Source of the DNA: Patescibacteria group bacterium
Lineage (GTDB): Bacteria > Patescibacteriota > Patescibacteriia > GWA2-47-26
DNA length: 42,152 nucleotides
Assembly: GCA_038064355.1 (NCBI GenBank)
Contig: JBBTTG010000027.1
Span: 21,746-63,897 of the forward strand
Direction: 5' to 3'
Under the pieces are notes generated by a model that saw only the letters and a list, made by a program, of their open reading frames with translations, was not told where the DNA came from and searched no databases. Positions 8,201-16,043 of the stretch are shown piece after piece. How positions within the stretch are numbered: the first letter of the stretch is position 1; the number at the start of each line of letters is the position of its first letter. A program made the translations under genes and the position numbers.

Positions 8201-9606
8201 CGCCGGCCTCTCGGGGGGAATATCGGATTACGGTCACGGTTTCCGATCAGCAAAACGACACGGTGGCCACGCCCGGGGCGGTGTTTTATGTTTGCCCTGG
8301 CGGAGATACCGCGCCACCCTGCGACAAGGCGGATTTTGACGGCGACGGGTCTCCCGAGCGCACGTTTACGGATATGTATGGCGCTCTCCCTCTCACCTGT
8401 GATAACTGTCCGCCTGGATTGCTTGATGCCGATGGAAGCCCCTTGCCGTCCTACAATCCGGATCAGGAAGACGCAAACGCGAACGGTATCGGAGATTTAT
8501 GCGAGCAGGATTTGATTGCGGAGAAGAAGGTTTGCAAGGGAACTCAAGACTTGTGTGTTAGTGATGAGGACTGTCCGGAAATTGAAGGTGCTACCGGGTC
8601 GTGCGTGGAGGGGAAAATCTGTCAAAATAATCCATGGCAGGCGTGTGTGACGGAGGAAAACTGTGGTGGAAGCCCAGAACAGTGTGTATCGAATACGTTG
8701 GGTTTATGTGGAGGTAATGGAAAACTTTGCTGGAGCGATAATGATTGCACCCCTGGAGAACAATGCCTCAAGATTCTTCCCTGGTTGGAAACTCGGGCGG
8801 GAGATATATACGCTTCCGGATCCATCCGTGCCTCGGCGCCGCCGCCGGTCGGCAAATTCAATGCGACGTTTTGCGTGCTGGCCAAAGGTGCGATTGAGAA
8901 TGTTACGAGCGGCTCCGTGTGCTTGCGCCATGATGTCGGAGAGATTAAAAATATCCGTATGGCCGATAAATCGCTGGTCTCCGTGTCCCAAGGGGTGCTT
9001 GGGCGTGTGGATATCAAGGGTCTCAAGGCCGGGAAATACGGAGACGTCGTGTCCCATGGGCCGCTGCTGGACGGAGGCACGATCGTGATCGACGAGGGAA
9101 TGTTTACCGGTGCGCTCGACGGGAAGGTTCATTTGTTTCAGGGCGATGCGGAGGTGGACTCTGTTGTAGGTGTAAAGTTTGGAAATGGATCGGAGGGCAC
9201 TCGAGGGAATGGGCTTATTCTTATCGAAGGAAATTTGACCGTGAAAGCAAATATGCTGTACACCACTCCGCTCGATACTGGCACGCGGGAGCTTGCGTCG
9301 GTGGGTATCATTGTTGTGAAAGACGCCAATGGGAATGGTGGGAATATCAGTATTAAAGGAACCGTGACGAAGATCGTCGGTGCCTGGCTGGCGGAGGGTA
9401 ATATTAGTACCGGGGTTTCCAATGAGGTGTTGCAAGTATCAGGCCTCATGGCGGCGCAGACGTTTGAATTTGGACGCGTTTCGGCTAGTCAACAAGAGGG
9501 CTCTGAAATTATCACGTATGACGGACGCGCGGTAATGAATCCTCCGCCGGGGATGGGAGATGTGGTAAAGTCTCTGCCGATTGTTACCAAGGCGGTGCCA
9601 AGATAA
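5212..9606 (+). CDS. Giant secreted adhesin-like protein (1464 aa) with about 9 Cys/Asp-rich DND modules and a thrombospondin type-3-like Ca-binding repeat
   Basis: It has a signal peptide (MMQSSKLKILSLAFSLSLGFLLLAIFGVRAEVAP; the start is GTG 5212 or ATG 5215). Repeated modules of form C-x-D-G-x-D-N-D-x-D...D-C-x-D-x-x-C occur, e.g. CADGFDNDADGAVDCADAGC, CADGFDNDANGEIDCLDTQC and CADGLDNDFDDNGAKDCADTDC. A TSP3-like stretch reads DFDGDGSPE...CDNCP...NPDQEDANANGIGDLCE. The C-terminal region is beta-rich. Confidence 0.85.
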   Translation: MMQSSKLKILSLAFSLSLGFLLLAIFGVRAEVAPAVSFCAGNLCQSGAIVLSGCVGKTSTLHYEYTQHARPGGDFKVRFWNDASVSSACPLSYAVISDAFGTLFDGLDKGYVVKPGTSFSGTETVTSVAYKVEDGNGFNGDVDIVLELGVKSGASTGQYEVRFAAVENGQSFISPNTPVYIDAAAPSNANEKKSFAGWAACADGIDNDLNYRRDCADVNCLDEIGNTTCVVDDQCKCEAWETTCFDRFDNDFDPDGEAGGYTDTGGDYDLETGADCRDFDCDGKQGDNDEANQKCYFQNEHTGFTSSNSCGDNFNNDADDGNDVFAPLSLAYAVGFGQSGYRDCFDNNCWRKGTLDGDRCPSKEKTADWNLCLDGGDNDFDDGLNGKDSGVSGALDGGDCLDYDCAGVAFYNAGACAVVAEVQDFINTENALSLKNCFDGVDNDLDAYIWNGAQYVVNSDTDAGIDCSDADCVGVENPDAPYNTCVSSEFVLYSHNFCANPPGYLVTLTGGIDDDGDGPANCSDNDCRRQFDNCGVCPAQEFWKYDACADGLDNDFDDNGAKDCADTDCEGKLGQLNGGAQCGAENNEAACADGFDNDADGAVDCADAGCAGHGTCQALESRCADGFDNDANGEIDCLDTQCEGECAAAFSIVSCQPDSVWDPEYPPGALFVSGGTVRGAQTRRLYQGDPGDNHQIRLVGSATYSSVTATIGNANNDAQYFPYDSRSCALTSSDETNFTLIADADGNVLQLINKPVGNINAFDVIISCPLPDGEIAGTVHNYPVVIDVERAGVGGGELESGELFWTTALYENIKPTIAEIEVAGVLSTTGEVKIPYGGTLQARAVPAGDEAVCGCDFWMGSTETCDTASDVTCQKPSSSTCRLHAANQIYDVPEYFLRASAEDGSGNQGNYGPVPARQINLNITPIVKAGTRVSFDKPSPFYAPGDSVGWSGAHFQGPAGTIFGDCALSLDGSPAAGMVIKENAGASEITCRGNFSAPASRGEYRITVTVSDQQNDTVATPGAVFYVCPGGDTAPPCDKADFDGDGSPERTFTDMYGALPLTCDNCPPGLLDADGSPLPSYNPDQEDANANGIGDLCEQDLIAEKKVCKGTQDLCVSDEDCPEIEGATGSCVEGKICQNNPWQACVTEENCGGSPEQCVSNTLGLCGGNGKLCWSDNDCTPGEQCLKILPWLETRAGDIYASGSIRASAPPPVGKFNATFCVLAKGAIENVTSGSVCLRHDVGEIKNIRMADKSLVSVSQGVLGRVDIKGLKAGKYGDVVSHGPLLDGGTIVIDEGMFTGALDGKVHLFQGDAEVDSVVGVKFGNGSEGTRGNGLILIEGNLTVKANMLYTTPLDTGTRELASVGIIVVKDANGNGGNISIKGTVTKIVGAWLAEGNISTGVSNEVLQVSGLMAAQTFEFGRVSASQQEGSEIITYDGRAVMNPPPGMGDVVKSLPIVTKAVPR

Positions 9607-9624
9607 GAGAGGGTGGTAAATGAG

Positions 9625-10023
9625 ACCGTTGCAAAATTCCCAAACATTCTCTTCCGTCATCCCCGTGAAAACGGGAATCCAGGTTAATGGATATAGCAAC
9701 CCGACCGCTAACCAAGACTGGATTCCCTCTCCCTTTGTAAAAGGGAGAGGCCAAAGGCCGAGGGATTTATTATACAAAAGGTTGGGGAAAATCCCCCTCA
9801 ATCCCCCTTTTCCAAAGGGGGAAGGCGATAGGAAGAGAGAAGGAATGAAAGGGGGAAGTCGAGCGATTCTCTCCCCGCGAGAATACACCGGGAGGGTACA
9901 GAGAAGGGAGCCCGAGGTGCGGCCGCTGGAAATCCGTCATCCCCGTGCATCCCCGTGAGAGCATGCCCTCGTGAAAACGGGGGCGGGGATGACGAAGAGA
10001 ATGTTTGGGAATTTTGCAACGGT
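9625..10023. repeat. MITE-like unit of about 400 bp bounded by roughly 40-bp terminal inverted repeats
   Basis: The left arm accgttgcaaaattcccaaacattctcttccgtcatccccg (9625-9665) is the reverse complement of cggggatgacgaagagaatgtttgggaattttgcaacggt (9984-10023), apart from a 1-nt indel. The interior is filled with REP-type hairpins. No plausible protein is encoded. Confidence 0.5.
9724..9880 (-). repeat. REP/MITE-like repeat, composite copy B (inverted relative to copies A and D)
   Basis: tatacaaaaggttggggaaaatccccctcaatcccccttttccaaagggggaag...gggggaagtcgagcgattctctcc is the reverse complement of the copy A core with a roughly 33-nt internal duplication. It is preceded by another ctctccctttgtaaaagggagag hairpin. 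Confidence 0.6.
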
Positions 10024-10051
10024 TTCGCAAATAGCTGTACTCAACGCGGTA

Positions 10052-10060
10052 TGATATAAT
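10052..10060 (+). promoter_or_regulatory. Extended -10 promoter (TGaTATAAT) for the pilus operon
   Basis: TGATATAAT at 10052-10060, 25 nt upstream of the pilM ATG. A weak AGGA RBS sits at 10073-10076. Confidence 0.4.
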
Positions 10061-10085
10061 AGAGTTATCCACAGGAAATTTTTAT

Positions 10086-11159
10086 ATGGTCATGGCAAAA
10101 ACAAGGGATTCTATCGGCATTGATCTTGGGGCCGGCGGTATCAAGGCGGCCAGTCTTGCTCGGGAAAAAAAAGGAGTGAGGCTGGTTACCTACGGATTTA
10201 CCGAGCGGTCAGTGGGGGAAATGGGAAATGACTGGCTTGCCGATATTGATGGAACAGCCGCGCTCATCCGCAAGATCTGCGACCGCGCGCATATTACCGG
10301 CGGAAGGGCGTCGACGGCTTTGCCTATCGCGTCGGTTTTCAGTTCCGTCATCAATCTTCCCGTGGCGGTTTCAAAAGGAAAAGAGCTTGAGGCGGCGGTG
10401 CAGTGGGAGGCAAAGAAGCTGATCCCCCTGCCCCTTGAGGAGGTTATTTTGGACTGGAAGATTCTTCCTCCGGTGAGCGTGCTCGCCAAGGGGAAGGAAG
10501 AGAAGGGCGCAGAAAAAAAAGAGAAAATGGTAGAAGTGCTTTTAACCGGCGCGCCCAAAGCGTTGGTACAGAAATACATCGAGGTTTTTAAAAAAGCGGG
10601 ATTTACGCTTGGCGCGCTTGAGACGGAGAGTTTCGCGTTTATCCGGTCGCTGGTCGGCAATGACCTCTCTCTTGTCGCCATTGTGGACATCGGCGCCCGC
10701 AAGAGCAATATCGTGTTTGTGGATCGCGGGGTTCCTTTCCTTTCTCGCAGTATTGAGATCGGAGGCAAGAATTTTACGGATCGCATAGCCGACGTGCTCA
10801 AGATGCCCGTGGAGCGCGCCGAGGAGGTAAAGCGCAATATTTCCGAGCTTTCGGCGCTTCAATCACTTCCGGATCTTATCAAAGGGGTTATAACGCCCTT
10901 GCTCAACGAGATAAAATACAGTTTTGACGTGTATCGTACGCGCAACGGCGGAACACGTCCGCTCGAGAAGATTATATTGACCGGCGGGAGTTCGGCGCTT
11001 CCGAAACTTTCGGAACACTTTACGGAATTTTTCAATCTCCGGACGTTTCAGGGCGACCCCTGGGCGCGTTTGCAGTATCCCGAAGAATTGAAACCGGTTT
11101 TACAGTCCATCGGCGCGCGGTTTTCGGTCGCTTTGGGACTCGCGATGCGAGAAATTTGA
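10086..11159 (+). CDS. pilM: Type IV pilus assembly protein PilM (actin-like ATPase fold)
   Basis: The N-terminus SIGIDLGAGGIKAASL is typical of PilM/FtsA-type actin-like proteins. Also present are IVDIGARKSNIVFV and ILTGGSSALPKL. It is the first gene of a pilMNO-pilB-pilC cluster. Confidence 0.85.
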   Translation: MVMAKTRDSIGIDLGAGGIKAASLAREKKGVRLVTYGFTERSVGEMGNDWLADIDGTAALIRKICDRAHITGGRASTALPIASVFSSVINLPVAVSKGKELEAAVQWEAKKLIPLPLEEVILDWKILPPVSVLAKGKEEKGAEKKEKMVEVLLTGAPKALVQKYIEVFKKAGFTLGALETESFAFIRSLVGNDLSLVAIVDIGARKSNIVFVDRGVPFLSRSIEIGGKNFTDRIADVLKMPVERAEEVKRNISELSALQSLPDLIKGVITPLLNEIKYSFDVYRTRNGGTRPLEKIILTGGSSALPKLSEHFTEFFNLRTFQGDPWARLQYPEELKPVLQSIGARFSVALGLAMREI

Positions 11160-11175
11160 TACTCGAATGTAACCT

Positions 11176-11772
11176 ATGCCATCAAAAAAATTATTTTCAA
11201 AAAAAGACGGGACTATCGGAGTCAGTTTCTTGCCGCCCGAAAAACCCACCGAATCCGGTATTACCACCTATCACAAAGGCTTGTTTGCCATTGCGGCTTC
11301 GCTCGGGATTGTTATTTTTGGCGCAGTCTGGGTGTATTTCTTCGTACAGGTGCGATCGTATAAAAATCAAACTGCCACCATTGAAGCGCAGGCAGGGCGC
11401 GTGCTCGAAGGGCTCAATCAGAAGAAAAGCGAGGTGGACGCGGTTCAGAAGCTTGCCCGCGTGGTAGTGCCGGCAAAAATTTTATTTCTGAAACATCCTC
11501 AATGGACCAAGCTTTTCACCTTTATCGAAGAGTTCACCTTGCCGGATGTGAAGTTTGGAACATTCTCTGGCGATGGGAAAGGGATAACCATGGCTGGTAC
11601 AGCGAAAGATTACGAAACGATTTCGCGGCAGATGGTGTCTTTCCAATTATCCTCCATGGTTCGCGATTTGCGTGTTTCGGGGCTTGCCGCGCGCGTGGGA
11701 CCGCAGGGGCAGATGACCGGTGTGGATTTTACCATGGCGTTTTCCGTCGATGAGAGTCTTTTAAAACCCTAA
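11176..11772 (+). CDS. pilN: PilN-like bitopic pilus alignment protein
   Basis: 198 aa with a short cytoplasmic N-terminus, one TM segment (LFAIAASLGIVIFGAVWVYFFV) and then a coiled-coil/ferredoxin-like part. It lies directly after pilM. The call rests on topology and position, not on strong motifs. Confidence 0.55.
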   Translation: MPSKKLFSKKDGTIGVSFLPPEKPTESGITTYHKGLFAIAASLGIVIFGAVWVYFFVQVRSYKNQTATIEAQAGRVLEGLNQKKSEVDAVQKLARVVVPAKILFLKHPQWTKLFTFIEEFTLPDVKFGTFSGDGKGITMAGTAKDYETISRQMVSFQLSSMVRDLRVSGLAARVGPQGQMTGVDFTMAFSVDESLLKP

Positions 11773-11781
11773 TCCCCGCAT

Positions 11782-12456
11782 ATGAGGGCACCCATAACGC
11801 TTTCAAAAAAATATTTTCCGGCGATGGCGGTCGCCTCCGCGGCCATTCCCGCGGCCATCATCTATTTCCTGCTGATCGCGCCGGCCCGCGAGGTGCTGGT
11901 TGCCGTGAAAGGGGATTTTAATCGCGCGGGGCAACTACTTGATGAACGAATGACGCAAGCCGATCGCCTGCGGACAGCTTCGGCGTTGCTTGCCACGCTT
12001 CCGCCGGAAACGGCGGTAAAAACAGAAGAAATGATTCCCATCACCAAGGATACCGAAGGGCTTCTTCAGATACTGGAAGACCGCGCGGCGGAATTCGGTT
12101 TTATCTTAAGGAACCTTGAAATCGCGGAAGCTTCGGAAAAGGAGTCTCCCATGCCGCAGTTGAGGGTTTTGAAACTGTCGCTCGGGGTGGCGGGCGGCGA
12201 TTACGCGGCGTTTGTAAAATTTTTGGGATCGCTCCAAAAGACGGCGCGACTCATGGATGTTACCTCGGTGAGTTTCTCCGCCGGCACGGGAAATTACGCG
12301 GTGAATGCCAAGTCGTACTGGCTGGCCGATGGCGCGCGTTCACCGGCGTCGATCGACGCGGATTTTTTCCAGAACCCCGTTTTTATGGGACTTGAGCGTC
12401 TGCGGGCGGAGCTTCGTCCTGAGCCGCGAGGTAATGAGAAGCCCTTTAGCAGATAG
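11782..12456 (+). CDS. pilO: PilO-like bitopic pilus alignment protein
   Basis: 224 aa with one N-terminal TM segment (AVASAAIPAAIIYFLLIAP) followed by a coiled-coil segment. It sits between the pilN-like gene and pilB. The call rests on topology and position. Confidence 0.5.
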   Translation: MRAPITLSKKYFPAMAVASAAIPAAIIYFLLIAPAREVLVAVKGDFNRAGQLLDERMTQADRLRTASALLATLPPETAVKTEEMIPITKDTEGLLQILEDRAAEFGFILRNLEIAEASEKESPMPQLRVLKLSLGVAGGDYAAFVKFLGSLQKTARLMDVTSVSFSAGTGNYAVNAKSYWLADGARSPASIDADFFQNPVFMGLERLRAELRPEPRGNEKPFSR

Positions 12457-14212
12457 CATCAAACAGAGTATGAAGACGGTTTTGCAAAACGAACTTCTGG
12501 CTTTTTTTGCGAAGGAAGGAAAAATTGATGAGGGGAAAGCCAAAGAATACGAGGAGGGGAAGTCCGCGAAAAAAACCGTGGATGATTTTTTGCTGAAAGA
12601 AGGCGGCATTTCGGAAGAGGCGCTCGCGCAAGCGAAGGCGCGCCTTGCCGGAATTTCTTCCATTGATCTTACGCTTCAGGAGATTGATCCCAAGGTGCTC
12701 AATCTCATTCCCCAGAACGTCGCTCTCAATTATCAGGCGATTGCTTTTGGAAAAGATCGGAGCACGCTCAAAGTGGCGCTGATCGATCCGCGGAATTATC
12801 AGGCTATGCAGGCCGTGGAGTTTTTGGCCGGGGAGGAGGGGTTGAGCGTCAAGTATTTTGTCTCATCGGCCACCGGTTTTCGCTCCGCTTATCAAAAATA
12901 TGAGCTCCTGCGGCGGGAAGTGGCCGAGGTGCTTGAGGCCGCCAAAGAAAAACTGGCACCCGAGGAAAAAGGGGAGATGGAGGAGGGCGTCTCTTTGGAA
13001 GAGGTGATTAAGGGCGCCCCGGTCTCACGCATTGTGGCCGTGATCATGCGGCACGCGTTTGAGGGAAAGGCTTCTGATATCCATATCGAGCCGGCGATCA
13101 ATGAATCCAGGGTGCGCTACCGCGTTGACGGCGTTCTCCGCACGGCTCTGACGCTCCCAGCGACGCTTCATTCCGCCGTGGTGGCACGCATCAAAGTTTT
13201 GGCGAATCTTCGTATCGATGAGACCCGCATCCCGCAGGATGGGCGCATCAGCGAGACTTTTGGCGGCAAGGATATTGATTTTCGTATTTCGGTACTTCCG
13301 TTGCGCGAAGGGCAGGAGAAAGTAGTGATGAGAATCTTGGATGCATCCCTGGGGGTACCAACCCTTGAACAGTTGGGTTTTCATCCAGAACATGTCTCTG
13401 TCATCGGAAAAAATATCAAGCGGCCGCATGGGCTGATTCTTATTTCCGGGCCTACGGGTTCCGGAAAATCCACGACGCTCTATACGGTCTTAAACATGAT
13501 CAACGCGGATGGGGTGAATATCTCCACGCTCGAAGATCCGGTGGAATATTTCATCAAGGGAGTGAATCAATCCCAGATACACCAGGAGGTCGGCTTTACC
13601 TTTGCGGCCGGCTTGCGGGCGCTTCTTCGGCAGGATCCGAATATCATCATGGTGGGGGAAATCCGTGACAGTGAAACGGCAACCTTGGCGATTCACGCGG
13701 CACTTACCGGCCATTTGATTTTGTCCACGGTGCATACCAATGATGCGTTGGGTGTGGTTCCGCGCTTGCTCGATATGGGGGTTGAACCGTTTTTGCTCGC
13801 GGCCACTTTGAATGTCGCCATCGCCCAACGGCTCGCGCGCAAGATTTGTTCAGACTGCAAAGCACCGGCTGAGATTCCCGAAAAGGTGCTCGCGGAGGCG
13901 AAGAAAGAGATCGAGATGATTCCCGTGCGATATCTTCCGGAGATCCATCAAGCGGGGAGCGTGCCGATTTTTTATAAAGGAAAAGGGTGCCCGCGCTGTG
14001 GCGGGAGCGGATATCGCGGCCGCGTTGCCGTGGCTGAAATTTTGCAGGTAACCAGGGAGCTTTCACGCGTCATTGCCGCGGGTTTTGAATTGGCGCAGGC
14101 GAGGAAAGAGGCGGAGGCGCAGGAGATGATTACTCTGCGGCAAGATACTCTGATCAAGGCGCTCCAAGGTTTCACAACAGTTGAAGAAGTGCTCCGTGTT
14201 TCGGAGGAATAA
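12434..14212 (+). CDS. pilB: Type IV pilus assembly ATPase PilB (GspE family)
   Basis: The N-terminal T2SSE_N-like region reads ALAQAKARLAGISSIDL...VLNLIPQNVALNYQAIAF. Walker A is GPTGSGKST and the Asp box and Walker B are present (IIMVGEIRD). The His box is LTGHLILSTVHTN and the tetracysteine motif is CSDCK...CPRCGGSGYRGR. The start is chosen at ATG 12434, with 12470 as an alternative. The track start at 12305 lies inside pilO in another frame. Confidence 0.9.
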   Translation: MRSPLADSIKQSMKTVLQNELLAFFAKEGKIDEGKAKEYEEGKSAKKTVDDFLLKEGGISEEALAQAKARLAGISSIDLTLQEIDPKVLNLIPQNVALNYQAIAFGKDRSTLKVALIDPRNYQAMQAVEFLAGEEGLSVKYFVSSATGFRSAYQKYELLRREVAEVLEAAKEKLAPEEKGEMEEGVSLEEVIKGAPVSRIVAVIMRHAFEGKASDIHIEPAINESRVRYRVDGVLRTALTLPATLHSAVVARIKVLANLRIDETRIPQDGRISETFGGKDIDFRISVLPLREGQEKVVMRILDASLGVPTLEQLGFHPEHVSVIGKNIKRPHGLILISGPTGSGKSTTLYTVLNMINADGVNISTLEDPVEYFIKGVNQSQIHQEVGFTFAAGLRALLRQDPNIIMVGEIRDSETATLAIHAALTGHLILSTVHTNDALGVVPRLLDMGVEPFLLAATLNVAIAQRLARKICSDCKAPAEIPEKVLAEAKKEIEMIPVRYLPEIHQAGSVPIFYKGKGCPRCGGSGYRGRVAVAEILQVTRELSRVIAAGFELAQARKEAEAQEMITLRQDTLIKALQGFTTVEEVLRVSEE

Positions 14213-14221
14213 CCCTTTTGT

Positions 14222-14644
14222 ATGCCAAAAATTACACGATCAAAAAAACAGTCGTCTCAAAAAAAACCGCGGATTCTTATCGTGGAAGATGATACTTTTT
14301 TAGCGGGTATTTACGCTTCGAAATTTGAGAGCGCGGGTTTTGCGGTCACCTTGGTCACCGACGGCGAGGCGGGGTTAAAGATGGCAGAGAAAGAAATACC
14401 CGACGCCATACTGCTTGATGTGCTTTTGCCGAAGAAAGATGGTTTTGAAGTGCTTGAGGGGATAAAAAGAAATGCCGCGACTCACTCTGTTCCCGTATTG
14501 CTTCTTACCAATCTCGGTCAACGCGAAGACGTGGAGCGCGGTTTGAAATTGGGCGCTTCGGACTACCTCATCAAGGCGCATTTTTTGCCGCATGAGACCG
14601 TGGATAAGGTCAAACGTGTGCTCGCGGCGGCAAAAGGAAAGTAA
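14222..14644 (+). CDS. Single-domain CheY-like response regulator receiver
   Basis: ILIVEDD, the phospho-acceptor context AILLDVLLPKKDGFEVL, LLLTNLG and YLIKAHF together give the canonical receiver motifs (DD, D, T, K). There is no output domain. Confidence 0.85.
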   Translation: MPKITRSKKQSSQKKPRILIVEDDTFLAGIYASKFESAGFAVTLVTDGEAGLKMAEKEIPDAILLDVLLPKKDGFEVLEGIKRNAATHSVPVLLLTNLGQREDVERGLKLGASDYLIKAHFLPHETVDKVKRVLAAAKGK

Positions 14645-14648
14645 CTCT

Positions 14649-15851
14649 ATGTCTTCATACCATTACCACGCGCGCGCCAAGGATGGAGAAATCCAAAAGG
14701 GGATTATTGAAGCACCAACCGAAGATGTGGCAGCCGGTATTCTTCGGGATCGCGGCATGGAGGTGATAGAAATTGAAGAGGAAAAAGGGAAGGGATTCTC
14801 TTTGGAGTTTTTGGAACATATTAGCGTCCGTGATTTTGTCGTATTCGCCAGACAGCTTTCCGTGCTCATCGGCGCCAAAGTGCCGCTCGTCCAGTCATTG
14901 CGCACCGCCTCTCGCCAAACCACGCATCGGCGGTTTCAGACTATTCTGACGGCGGTGGCTGATGACGTGGAATCGGGCACAAAACTCTCGACAGCCCTTT
15001 CAAGGTATCCGACCCCTTTCGACGATTTTTTCATCAACATGGTGCGCTCCGGAGAGACTTCCGGCCGGCTGGATGAAGTACTGAACTACCTTGCCGATCA
15101 AAAAGAAAAAGATTACGATCTTATCTCCAAGATCCGAGGTGCCATGATCTATCCGGCTTTTATCATCGTGGGTATGTTTGCCGTGGGTATTGTGATGATG
15201 GTGTTTGTCATTCCTCAACTGACCGGGGTGCTCCAGGAATCGGGGGCGGCGCTTCCCTGGACGACGCGTCTCTTGATTGGAACCTCGGGGTTCATGCAAA
15301 AGTATTGGCTCCTTGTCATTCTCTTAATGCTTGGTTCTTTGGTCGCCTTTCGTTCTCTTCTGGCGCGTTCCCACGAGTTTCGTTCCGGTTGGGATCAAGT
15401 CAAGGTGCGCCTGCCGCTCGTGGGCGGCATCCTGCAGAAAATTTATTTGGTGCGTTTTACCCGAAGCATGGAGACCCTGATGGCCGGCGGCGTGGATGTG
15501 GTTGGGAGTCTGCGGGTGGCCGCAGACGTGGTGGGGAATGCGGCGTATCGCGATTTACTTCTTGCCACCGTCAAGGAAGTGGAGGACGGAAATTCCATGA
15601 CGAGCGTCTTGTCGAAGAGCGCGCTCGTGCCGAATATGATTCATCAGATGCTTTCTGTTGGAGAAGAAACGGGGCGACTGAAAGAGATTTTGGGCAAACT
15701 GACGTTGTTTTACGCGCGCGAGGTGGATAATTCGGTTGGAAATCTCGTCGCCGTCATTGAGCCTCTCATTATGATTGTCATCGGCGCGGCCGTGGGTGTT
15801 ATCGTATCGGCTATTATCCTTCCCATGTATCAGCTCGCCTCGCAGTTCTGA
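14649..15851 (+). CDS. pilC: Type IV pilus platform protein PilC (GspF family)
   Basis: Two T2SSF repeats are present (FARQLSVLIGAKVPLVQSL... and FTRSMETLMAGGVDVVGSL...) with three or four TM segments. The start ATG 14649 (MSSYHYHA...) lies just after the receiver stop at 14642-14644. The track start at 14592 overlaps the upstream gene. Confidence 0.9.
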   Translation: MSSYHYHARAKDGEIQKGIIEAPTEDVAAGILRDRGMEVIEIEEEKGKGFSLEFLEHISVRDFVVFARQLSVLIGAKVPLVQSLRTASRQTTHRRFQTILTAVADDVESGTKLSTALSRYPTPFDDFFINMVRSGETSGRLDEVLNYLADQKEKDYDLISKIRGAMIYPAFIIVGMFAVGIVMMVFVIPQLTGVLQESGAALPWTTRLLIGTSGFMQKYWLLVILLMLGSLVAFRSLLARSHEFRSGWDQVKVRLPLVGGILQKIYLVRFTRSMETLMAGGVDVVGSLRVAADVVGNAAYRDLLLATVKEVEDGNSMTSVLSKSALVPNMIHQMLSVGEETGRLKEILGKLTLFYAREVDNSVGNLVAVIEPLIMIVIGAAVGVIVSAIILPMYQLASQF

Positions 15852-15862
15852 ATGCGTTTCAT

Positions 15863-16041
15863 ATAGGACTTACGCGCTTCCGCCCGGGAGTCCTGTAATT
15901 GTGGAACTTCCCATGGCGGAAGCCACAGGGGTTTGACCAATCTCTTCGTTAAAAGGCTCTGCTCTTGCTCGCCGTAGCTCTACTACGCCTCGCAACATCC
16001 TCGCCTTTTGCCTCGACCTTGGTCAAACGCGTAAGTCCTAT
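15863..16041. other. Roughly 180-nt intergenic element with a nested stem architecture (candidate structured RNA or MITE)
   Basis: A perfect 14-bp closing pair joins ataggacttacgcg (15863-15876) and cgcgtaagtcctat (16028-16041). It stacks on a perfect 9-bp pair tttgaccaa (15932-15940) / ttggtcaaa (16019-16027). A side hairpin is cttccgcc (15877-15884) / ggcggaag (15915-15922). An inner pair is aaaaggc (15951-15957) / gcctttt (16004-16010), enclosing a pyrimidine-rich loop. Confidence 0.35.
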
Positions 16042-16043
16042 CA

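Noticed and set aside
9439-9958. ORFs of 112 aa (plus strand, 9620-9958) and 149 aa (minus strand, 9439-9888) in the spacer before pilM.
   Set aside because: They are read-throughs of REP/TIR hairpins (peptides such as SSVIPVKTGIQ, WIPVFTGMTEE and NPPFPKGEG) and have no expression signals. Their apparent length comes from GC-rich palindromes lacking stops.
12305-12433. Long N-terminal extensions in the track for pilB (12305), pilC (14592), clpB (32706), the amidohydrolase (32935), the lipoprotein (287) and the LigB-like gene (35506).
   Set aside because: The extensions overlap upstream genes or promoter/operator elements and translate to Arg/Cys/Ser-rich junk. Conserved N-termini begin at the internal ATGs chosen in the feature list.
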